Below the pieces are notes generated by a model, which was not told where the DNA came from, ran no database searches, and saw nothing but the letters and a program-made list of their open reading frames with translations. A DNA stretch of 32,000 nucleotides from Synechococcus sp. A15-28 (GTDB lineage Bacteria > Cyanobacteriota > Cyanobacteriia > PCC-6307 > Cyanobiaceae), in NCBI RefSeq assembly GCF_014280175.1, contig NZ_CP047931.1, positions 1,410,001-1,442,000 on the forward strand. The letters run 5' to 3'. Both the position numbers and the translations under genes were made by a program. The first letter of the stretch is position 1, and every line of letters starts with the position of its first letter. Shown here piece after piece: positions 8,480-15,347 of this stretch.

Positions 8480-8498
8480 CTTGGAACAAGTTGGTTGA
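8471..8498. promoter_or_regulatory. Helically phased tandem repeats (candidate operator) in the alpA-like/MCP divergent control region
   Basis: The sequence reads TTGGAACAcc TTGGAACAag TTGGTTGAtt. There are two exact 8-mers and one degenerate copy at 10-bp spacing. The first copy overlaps the alpA-like start codon. Confidence 0.35.
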
Positions 8499-8542
8499 TT
8501 TCATTCTATCGGCCGTAATGATATAAACACGCGAGGTAATCA

Positions 8543-9553
8543 ATGAATCACACCATCACCAAGAAGCGACCATATAGCTTCAACGCACTGCTCAGTTCGC
8601 TCAGTTCACAAGTCCCTGATAAACAGGCCACATGGGAGCAGAACTTGTCACTGCAGGCTGAGAAGTTCTACGGCCAGCACAGCATCCAGAAGAAGCAGGA
8701 GAACGCGGCGTTCATCCCTACCCGCCAGATGGTGCGTGATCTGCTGACGGGTACTGCCAGCAGTGGTGGTGACTTGGTGGCCACATCGGTGCAGAAAGTC
8801 GCAGACAGTGTCAGACCTGTGACGGTGCTTGAGCGTGCCGGTGTTGAGCGGATTGAAACCGGCGGAGAGAACCTGACCATCCCGCGCTTTGCCAAGGCCG
8901 ATGCCGGATGGATTGCGGAAGGTGCGGACTACACCGCACTCACCACTACGAGCACCAGCGTGGATACCAGTCCCAAGCTCGCCAGTGCCCGCCTGTCTTT
9001 CAGTCGCCGCCTGAAGGTGTTGGTGCCTGACGTTGAAGGGTCAGTGCTGCAGGAAGTTGGCCGTGCAGTCGCCGGATTGATTGAGAAGGGCGCGATTCAA
9101 GGCACCGGCAGCAATTCACAACCGCTTGGCCTGCTCAACCTGCCTGACGCCTTGTCGCAGACCTTCAGCTCCGCAACTCCCACCAGCGATGAGCTGGCAG
9201 AAATGCTGGAGAGGCTCGGTGATGCCGATGTGGATCTGCGCAAGGTGGTGTTCCTGATGCACCCGAGCACTGCCGCTGATCTGATGAAGACCCGCGTGGA
9301 TGCCAGCAGTGGCGCGTTGGTGCTCAGTGACCTGAAGATTCACGGGCTGCCGGTATTCATCACAAGCAATGTCACCGAGGACAAGGTGATCGCACTGGAT
9401 CCGAGTTACAGCCGCCTCGTCTACTTCGGCAGTGCGCAAGTCGTCGTGGATCCCTTCCGAGGAGCCGTCACTGGTGTCACGCACACACAAATCCTGAACG
9501 CAGCGGACTTCGTTTGCACGCATCAATCCAGTGTCTGCATCGGCTCCGCTTAA
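8543..9553 (+). CDS. Phage major capsid protein, HK97 family (PF05065-like)
   Basis: 336 aa. Family-typical blocks are present: SGGDLVATSVQKVADSVRPVTVLERAGV, LTIPRFAKADAGWIAEGADY, IQGTGSNSQPLGLLN, and VFLMHPSTAADLMKTR. A GAGG Shine-Dalgarno lies 8 nt upstream of the ATG. Confidence 0.85.
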   Translation: MNHTITKKRPYSFNALLSSLSSQVPDKQATWEQNLSLQAEKFYGQHSIQKKQENAAFIPTRQMVRDLLTGTASSGGDLVATSVQKVADSVRPVTVLERAGVERIETGGENLTIPRFAKADAGWIAEGADYTALTTTSTSVDTSPKLASARLSFSRRLKVLVPDVEGSVLQEVGRAVAGLIEKGAIQGTGSNSQPLGLLNLPDALSQTFSSATPTSDELAEMLERLGDADVDLRKVVFLMHPSTAADLMKTRVDASSGALVLSDLKIHGLPVFITSNVTEDKVIALDPSYSRLVYFGSAQVVVDPFRGAVTGVTHTQILNAADFVCTHQSSVCIGSA

Positions 9554-9659
9554 TCGCGGAGGGTCGGACCGGTGCAGGTAGAGCGGTTTCTTCCATGGCT
9601 GCTCAACAGGGGTCGGTTGTTGAGGAGCCGGCCCCGCCCTATTCACTCAGAAGCGACAG

Positions 9660-9866
9660 ATGAACCGCGACTACATCAACTGGCTCACGTCACTGCCTAA
9701 TAACCGTGGCGTCAGGGATAGGCAGATCAACGTCTGGATGTCGGGCTATGCGCCTCTACCCGATGAGATTGACCTGCAGCACTGCGAGGAGATGCAGCAG
9801 CGGTGGTTGGTGCGGGAGTGCCCTGACGGTGTGCTGGGAAGGCTTTGGCGGTGGTTGCACGATTGA
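9660..9866 (+). CDS. Hypothetical protein, 68 aa
   Basis: ORF-track entry downstream of the MCP on the same strand. No motif recognised. Confidence 0.35.
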   Translation: MNRDYINWLTSLPNNRGVRDRQINVWMSGYAPLPDEIDLQHCEEMQQRWLVRECPDGVLGRLWRWLHD

Positions 9867-9873
9867 GATGAGA

Positions 9874-10806
9874 TCAAAGCCCACCATTTCCTTCTTCAAA
9901 GAGCAGGAATAGCTCGCCTTCGTAACCCAATTCGCGCATCATATACGCCCAATCAGCTTCATCCGCTGGATCGTAATCATCGCTTTTGCTGATGTTCTCA
10001 GCGGCCCACATGGGCCTGAGATTTCTCCAGTTGAAGCAGACAATCTGCTGTTCTTCATCAGTGAGGTCAAAGCTTGCGCAGGGTCTGATGTGATCTACAT
10101 GCCAGCCTTCCTTGCCATAGTTATCCCAGCTCATCCCTTCTTCCCAATTAGCTGCAAGGTAAGCCTTGAAGTCAGCTATCTCTGCATCAATAAGTTCTGC
10201 TGTCTTCGCGGCCTTTACCATTCCCTGCTTCTTAAGCGCGTCACTTATTCGGGTGTTGAGGCGTGAGTGGAGCTTGAACTGAGGATCGTGCTTCAGTTTC
10301 CAAGTGCTTATCGGCATTCCTTTCTCAGCTTCAAATTTATCCTTCCATTGCTTTCTCGCTTTGTTGCGAGATACATGCCCTGCTTCGCTTTGGCTGTAAC
10401 GCCGATCAGCCTCAGCTTTTTTGCCACTGGCCACAAACTTAGCCTTCGCTCGCTTGGATGCCTCCCTGTACCAATCAGAGTCTTTGATTCTTTCATAGTG
10501 AGCCTTTCTTTTTTCCTTGGCACCTTCATCATTTTTGTGCCGCTGATATGACTCCCTTGCGACGCGAGCTTTATTGGATTTCCAGTTGGGATCGGTTTCA
10601 CGACGTTTCGCCTCGTATTCGCGGAAATAACCTTAAGCCGCTTTTTTTCTAGTGGCTATTCGCTTGCACTACATGCACTGTCCACCACTCGTCACACGTG
10701 GGGCAACATGCCCTTGTTTGCAGGTCGTGCCAGTGAAGTACTGCTTGAGCCCTTTTTCTTGGGCTTGCTTTCGGGAAAGAAATGGGCCGTAAATAAGGTC
10801 TTGCAT
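9874..10806 (-). pseudogene. Phage-type HNH endonuclease with an N-terminal zinc-ribbon and K/R/E-rich repeats, interrupted by two in-frame stop codons (TAG 10669-10671, TAA 10633-10635)
   Basis: One frame of 311 codons runs from ATG 10806 to stop 9874. The N-terminal segment is MQDLIYGPFLSRKQAQEKGLKQYFTGTTCKQGHVAPRVTSGGQCM*CKRIATRKKAA*GYFREYEAKRRETDPNWKSNKARVARESYQRHKNDEGAKEKRKAHYERIKDSDWYREASKRAKAKF. The track ORF (GTG 10434) follows, and it contains the HNH motif HVDHIRP...NWRNLRPMWAAENISK. The ATG overlaps the integrase stop as TAATG. Confidence 0.7.
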
Positions 10807-12674
10807 TATTTAGATCTCCTGCGCTTAGCCGGCCTGCCTCTGCGCCGTTGTTCAATTTTGTATTGAAGACCAGTTTCCTTGCCATCAGGATCAACAATAT
10901 TCATCAGTGCTCCTTTGGTCATTACTTCAGTAAGTGGTGGAGCATCTGGAAAGTTTCGGCGCCATGACTCTTCTGGGCCAATGGTTGCAATTTCATTGCT
11001 GAAGTCGTACTCCTGATCATGCCCGCCTACCTGCTGCTTAACCTCCTCCACGTTGATAAAGGTGGTAAGTGTCCCTTCCTTGCTAACCCATCCTTCTCCG
11101 AATTGAACATCCTTATGTCGGGTGTCAATTTCAAAAACCAAGCCTTCGCGTGTCAGCCAAGAGTTGAATTCATCACGTGCGTTCAGGTCGGTTCTGTCTG
11201 ACTCCATGAAGGCTGATAGGCGCTGCTTGACTTCACGCTCGGCCTCACGACTACTTGGCCGTCTCTCAAGCTTGGCTAGATGCGCCTCGGCCTCGTTCAA
11301 CGCTTGCTTGGCCACCACAAGGTCAGCCTCTGCCTCCCGTAGAGCCTCATCCCAAAGCAACAGCGCACTGTTCGGTGTCTCCGGCACAGCGTTCTTGATC
11401 TGATTCCGCTTGCTGCTGACCAGGTCCTCCAGTGGGCCAACAGCACCAGATGCCTTCAGGACCTTCTGACGCGCTTCAGCGGTTTCTGCATCGTGTTTGT
11501 CGTCTCCGAAGAAGTCACTCCACCTAAAAGTTCTGACATGCTCCAGCAGGGCCAGCTCGTCGTAGGGAATGTTCGGCGCAGTGCAGTCGGAGCGGCCAAG
11601 GACACGGCCATTGCAATTGAGTGAGAAGCCGTTGCGTGAACGCCTGACGCCAAGCCTGTGGCCGCATTCAGCACAGAAGGTCCTCTTCTCAAACAAATTG
11701 ATCCGCTTCCTGCCATTAGGGAGCCCGCGCACTCCACGTCGGCCTGCGATGCCGTCCCTGGCGGCCTGCCACTCAGTTGGCGTGATGATCGCCGGGTAGA
11801 CGCCCTTGGTGATGTCTTCCTTTTCGTTGCCCGACTTGTTCTGACGGTGGCCAAGCACCGCAACGTTCTCCAGCAACAGGTGGATTTCGGCTTCTGTGAT
11901 GACAGCGCCTGATCTGGCGAGCGTGATGCCATCTGCCTGAAGCTCGCGAGCAATGCGGCGGGCTCCAAGGTCCTTCGCCAGTCGGAACGCTTTCTGCACC
12001 CACTGGACTTCGTCTTCCAACAGCACCCAATTCCCGTCTTGATCAACGTCCAGCCATCTCGGGTAGCCAGGGTTCGTGTTGGTTTCACTCCTTGGGTTGA
12101 AGCGGAAGCCGCCGAACACTGCTGTTTTGCCATCGGCATGGGCTTCTATCTGCTGGCGGCGGTACTGAACAGCGCCCTGGCTGCGGGCCTGCTTCTCCTT
12201 CCATTCGCGGTGAGCTGAATCAGCAGCACCAGCAATCCTGTAAACGGTGCCACCTCCATCGCTGAGGCTTCTCAAAATCTCGTGGCCCCAGTCGCAAAAG
12301 CTGACGCCAACCCCGGCTCTGAAGATGTCGGTCAGCAGGTTGAAGCAGTCCTGCATGTCTCCTCGGCTTAGGCGCGAGAAGGTCTCCACGATGAGGATGG
12401 TGCCGTGCTGCACCCGGTGAGACCTGGCGTCCTCAAGGAACTGACCAAGGAGGCCCTTCTCAAGGTTCTTGCGGTTGCCGGAGATGGTTTCACGCACAAC
12501 CTCCTGCACGTCGTATTCGGGATGAGCTTTTTTCCACTCGGCTAGGGCTGCGTCCTGTCTGCTGAATCCGCTTTTCCCGTCTAGTGACTGCTCGCCCGTG
12601 CTGACACGCTGGTAGCAGATGGCCACTTTCGCGACCGGTGAGTTTTGCAGCTTGTCAGGCTTGGTGCGTGGCAC
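10806..12674 (-). CDS. Large serine recombinase (integrase)
   Basis: 622 aa. It has the resolvase catalytic motif VAICYQRVSTGEQ, a recombinase domain, a zinc ribbon CAECGHRLG...NCNGRVLGRSDC, and a long coiled-coil segment (EADLVVAKQALNEAEAHLAKLERR). The start is GTG at 12674 or GTG at 12626. Confidence 0.9.
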   Translation of the reverse strand: MPRTKPDKLQNSPVAKVAICYQRVSTGEQSLDGKSGFSRQDAALAEWKKAHPEYDVQEVVRETISGNRKNLEKGLLGQFLEDARSHRVQHGTILIVETFSRLSRGDMQDCFNLLTDIFRAGVGVSFCDWGHEILRSLSDGGGTVYRIAGAADSAHREWKEKQARSQGAVQYRRQQIEAHADGKTAVFGGFRFNPRSETNTNPGYPRWLDVDQDGNWVLLEDEVQWVQKAFRLAKDLGARRIARELQADGITLARSGAVITEAEIHLLLENVAVLGHRQNKSGNEKEDITKGVYPAIITPTEWQAARDGIAGRRGVRGLPNGRKRINLFEKRTFCAECGHRLGVRRSRNGFSLNCNGRVLGRSDCTAPNIPYDELALLEHVRTFRWSDFFGDDKHDAETAEARQKVLKASGAVGPLEDLVSSKRNQIKNAVPETPNSALLLWDEALREAEADLVVAKQALNEAEAHLAKLERRPSSREAEREVKQRLSAFMESDRTDLNARDEFNSWLTREGLVFEIDTRHKDVQFGEGWVSKEGTLTTFINVEEVKQQVGGHDQEYDFSNEIATIGPEESWRRNFPDAPPLTEVMTKGALMNIVDPDGKETGLQYKIEQRRRGRPAKRRRSK

Positions 12675-12792
12675 GCGGAATCGCCAGAACCCTTATGAAC
12701 ACAAGGATATGAGCCGTGTCAAGTCAGCTGTATTGACCATGGTCAGCGATGCGCAGCAGCGTCATCCTGATGCCAGGCCGCAACCGCGACGG

Positions 12793-13122
12793 ATGGAATC
12801 CGCCAACCCTCTGCAACAACTTCTTGTGCGCGGCCTCGGCACGACGACATTGGTCGCTGATCGTCTACGCGGGGTGACCCAAGAGTGGGTCAGTCGCGGC
12901 CGTCTGGACCCCAACCAGGCCTCCGCCCTTGTGGACGACGTGATGAAGGCACTCCGGGGAGAGACCCCGGAACTGGAAGAAAAGGTGGGGAGGGATATCG
13001 AACGCAACCGCGACAACCTTCTTCAGGACATTGGCGTTGCCAGTCAGAAAGAAGTTGATGAACTGCGCGGCCGCATCGACCGGATTGAGCAGCAGCTGCG
13101 CCAGCTCAATCAAGGTGACTGA
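12793..13122 (+). CDS. Conserved coiled-coil protein (phasin-like, COG3937-like), 109 aa
   Basis: ATG at 12793 ([16 protein letters not shown]...). The track's upstream extension to 12619 overlaps the integrase start and is unlikely. The C-terminal half is a heptad-like helical region. Confidence 0.6.
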   Translation: MESANPLQQLLVRGLGTTTLVADRLRGVTQEWVSRGRLDPNQASALVDDVMKALRGETPELEEKVGRDIERNRDNLLQDIGVASQKEVDELRGRIDRIEQQLRQLNQGD

Positions 13123-13168
13123 GCCGACGGTCTTGGGGTCAGAATTGACGCAATCCGATGCGGCAGTC

Positions 13169-13777
13169 ATGCGCGACATCCTGATCAGCTCCACCGTTTG
13201 CGTGCTCTGCCTGCTGTTGGCCCTGGTCAGCCAGCTGGTGGCCCCCTCCACCGTCGCCGCCGCAGCCGGCAACCCCGCCGCCACCGCCGCTGTTGTAAGC
13301 CAACCCACCACCGAGGCGGCAGCGCGGCCCAGCTTCGAGCTGGACCCGGATGATCCGAACCCGACTTTGTTTGCCATGGCTCCTGACACCAACCAATCCG
13401 ATGCCTCAGCCCTCGGCGGTCCCCTCGATGCCCCTGACACCCAGATCACTGCCAGCGGCTTGAAGATCACCGAATTGAAGGTTGGGGAAGGTGCGGAAGC
13501 CGCTTCCGGCCAAACCGTTCAGGTGCATTACCGGGGAACGCTTGAAAACGGCAAGCAGTTCGACGCCAGTTACGACAGGGGAACCCCCTTCACGTTCCCG
13601 CTTGGTGCCGGACGTGTGATCAAAGGCTGGGATGAAGGGGTGGTCGGCATGAAGGTCGGCGGCAAACGCAAGCTTGTGATCCCACCGGACCTTGCCTACG
13701 GCAGCCGCGGTGCCGGTGGCGTCATCCCCCCCAACGCCACCCTGGTGTTCGAGGTGGAACTGCTCGACGTGAAGTGA
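13169..13777 (+). CDS. FKBP-type peptidyl-prolyl cis-trans isomerase with N-terminal signal/anchor
   Basis: The C-terminal FKBP domain reads [63 protein letters not shown] 13169 precedes a hydrophobic segment. The track start at 13031 would overlap the upstream gene. Confidence 0.85.
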   Translation: MRDILISSTVCVLCLLLALVSQLVAPSTVAAAAGNPAATAAVVSQPTTEAAARPSFELDPDDPNPTLFAMAPDTNQSDASALGGPLDAPDTQITASGLKITELKVGEGAEAASGQTVQVHYRGTLENGKQFDASYDRGTPFTFPLGAGRVIKGWDEGVVGMKVGGKRKLVIPPDLAYGSRGAGGVIPPNATLVFEVELLDVK

Positions 13778-13821
13778 TGGGCCGCAGTTAGGCTCTTTTC
13801 AAGCAATTTCGTCCCCATCCG

Positions 13822-14295
13822 ATGCTGCGCTCGGCCCTCACCGCCCTCGTCCGCGCTCTTCCCGCCCCTGCAGCGGAAGCCCACTGCGACGGCCCCTGCG
13901 GCGTTTACGACCCCGCCTCCGCCCGCGTCGCTGCTGAAGCGGTGCTCTCCATGACCAAAAAGATCAAGGCCATGGAAGCCCCCGCTGCAGGTGATGCCGC
14001 GGCCCTGGCTGCTTACAACAACACTTTTGGCCGCTACGTGGCCATCAAGGAAGAGGAAGCGCAGAAAACCAAGAAGGAACTTCTGATCCTCTGGACCGAC
14101 TACTTCAAGCCTGAGCACCTGGCCACCTTCCCTGACCTGCACGACACGTTCTGGAAGGCCGCCAAGCTCTGCAGCGCCTGCAAGGTCAACATCGATCAGG
14201 CCAAAGCTGAAGAACTGATGGCGGCTGTTGAGAAGGTCCACGGCATGTTCTGGCAATCCAAGGGCCGCAACGACGCCTGGGTCACCGCTTCCTGA
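13822..14295 (+). CDS. sodN: Nickel-containing superoxide dismutase precursor
   Basis: 157 aa. The Ni-hook motif HCDGPCGVYDP follows a short leader (MLRSALTALVRALPAPAAEA), which is the expected SodX cleavage context. Confidence 0.95.
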   Translation: MLRSALTALVRALPAPAAEAHCDGPCGVYDPASARVAAEAVLSMTKKIKAMEAPAAGDAAALAAYNNTFGRYVAIKEEEAQKTKKELLILWTDYFKPEHLATFPDLHDTFWKAAKLCSACKVNIDQAKAEELMAAVEKVHGMFWQSKGRNDAWVTAS

Positions 14296-14321
14296 ATCTG
14301 AACAGTTTGTTCCCTCCTTTG

Positions 14322-14358
14322 GCAGCAGCAGGTCTCAAGGATCTGCTGTTGTTTTTTT
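14322..14358 (+). terminator. Rho-independent terminator-like hairpin plus T-tract between sodN and sodX
   Basis: The core stem pairs CAGCAGGTC (14326-14334) with GATCTGCTG (14340-14348): 9 bp with one G-U and a 5-nt loop. It is extendable to about 13 bp and is followed by GTTTTTTTGT (14351-14360). Confidence 0.6.
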
Positions 14359-14684
14359 GTGGCCGCCGGCGGCTGCTGAAGATTCAGGGTGATTCCATGC
14401 TTCCCCACCTGGAATCCGAGGATCGGATCCTGATCAACCCACGCATCACACCTCGTACTGGTGATGTCGTTGTGGCGTGGCATCCGAGCAAACCCGACTT
14501 ACGCCTGATCAAAAGGCTTCGTGGGATGGAGTCCAACGGCATGATCCTCTTGGGGGACAACCCCTCAGCCAGCACCGACAGCCGCCAGCTGGGGCCGATC
14601 CCCACCGCGCTGATGATCGGTGTAGCCGTGTCGCGTCTCAAAAGATCGCCGACGACGTCTTCTGCAACCAGATCGCACCAGTGA
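14349..14684 (+). CDS. sodX: NiSOD maturation peptidase (S26/S24 signal-peptidase family)
   Basis: It has the catalytic-Ser motif GDSMLPHL and the downstream KRL and GDN blocks, and it lies next to sodN. The start is ambiguous: TTG 14349 (after the hairpin) or TTG 14307 (track). The 3' end overlaps the convergent transporter gene by 47 nt. Confidence 0.7.
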   Translation: MFFCGRRRLLKIQGDSMLPHLESEDRILINPRITPRTGDVVVAWHPSKPDLRLIKRLRGMESNGMILLGDNPSASTDSRQLGPIPTALMIGVAVSRLKRSPTTSSATRSHQ

Positions 14685-15321
14685 CGATCGACAGGCCCCC
14701 CGTCGCTCCCACCAGCAGGGGCAGCAACCGCGCCCCGCTGCGCAGCGTCAGAAACGACACCACAGCGACCACAGCAACCATTGCTGCAATGGAGCCGCAG
14801 AGGTAAGCCACCAGGTAGCCAAACGCAGCGACGGGAGGCAAGGCCAGGGCGGGAATCACCGCCAGCAGATGGCTGGCACCGGCCAGGCCATGCAGCAGAC
14901 CCAGTCCCGAGGCGGCGTGGGCATGGCGCCGGTGGTTGCTTTGACCACGCACATGCAGATGCAGGTGCTGATGCTGGTGATCACCCTCGTGATGGTGTTC
15001 ATGGCAGTGCAGCTCCAGCCCGAAAGCCGTTCTCACCGCCAGGGCACCCACCACCAAGAGAGCAACGCCCACGAAAAATTCCGCCCAGGAGGACATCGTC
15101 TCCACGTGGACCAGATCCTTGAGCCCGATCGAGATCAAGGCCAGGAGCACCACTCCTGCCGAATGCCCTGCCCCCCAGGCCAGACCTGCCCTCAGCGCCG
15201 GCAAGGGTTTGCGCAACGAGAAGGGGGCCATCGCCACCAGATGATCAGCGCCGCCAACGACGTGAACAGCACCCGCTGCAAAACCGGTCAGGACGCTGAT
15301 CAACAAAGCACTACCTTCCAA
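14638..15321 (-). CDS. Putative nickel/cobalt transporter (HupE/UreJ-like membrane protein with a His-rich loop)
   Basis: 227 aa with multiple TM segments. The N-terminus has a GF..G..H...G.DH-type motif (GFAAGAVHVVGGADHL). The central loop is HCHEHHHEGDHQHQHLHLHVRGQSNHRRHAHAA. The gene is adjacent to sodN and sodX. Confidence 0.65.
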   Translation of the reverse strand: MEGSALLISVLTGFAAGAVHVVGGADHLVAMAPFSLRKPLPALRAGLAWGAGHSAGVVLLALISIGLKDLVHVETMSSWAEFFVGVALLVVGALAVRTAFGLELHCHEHHHEGDHQHQHLHLHVRGQSNHRRHAHAASGLGLLHGLAGASHLLAVIPALALPPVAAFGYLVAYLCGSIAAMVAVVAVVSFLTLRSGARLLPLLVGATGGLSIVTGAIWLQKTSSAIF

Positions 15322-15347
15322 AAAGTCATTCTGCAGGAGCGGTTGGG

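Larger units (their letters stand above)
4726..12792. mobile_element. Integrated phage-satellite-like element (large serine recombinase, HNH, HK97-type MCP, AlpA-like, Toprim/RecA-like Rep plus iterons). The coordinates give the maximal interval between flanking core genes; the minimal core is about 5205-12674.
   Basis: Phage- and plasmid-type genes are packed between conserved housekeeping blocks. Composition is visibly lower in G+C, with AT-rich spacers at 5205-5293, 7650-7700, 8000-8100 and 10440-10660. An integrase gene sits at one end. No att repeats could be identified, which is expected for serine recombinases. Confidence 0.7.

Noticed and set aside
9116-9646. 176-aa - strand ORF inside the island
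   Set aside because: It is antisense to the HK97-type capsid gene, which has clear family blocks and a Shine-Dalgarno. I treat it as spurious.
10308-10897. Track ORFs 10308-10601 (97 aa) and 10649-10897 (82 aa) on the - strand
   Set aside because: Both are in frames other than the continuous 311-codon HNH frame and the integrase frame. The 82-aa ORF overlaps the integrase 3' end. The HNH frame explains this region better despite its two stops.
12734-12745. Perfect 12-bp palindrome TGACCATGGTCA next to the integrase start, considered as an att core
   Set aside because: Roughly eight such palindromes are expected by chance in 32 kb. Its centre (AT) is self-complementary, which is unsuitable as a polarity-defining serine-recombinase crossover dinucleotide.
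12619-12792. N-terminal extensions proposed by the ORF track (12619 for the phasin-like gene, 13031 for FKBP, 17828 for lpdA, 18888 for the 82-aa protein, 20439 for argD)
   Set aside because: Each extension overlaps a neighbouring gene or a tRNA gene and adds unconserved-looking sequence. Internal ATG or GTG starts give products that begin where the family normally begins.
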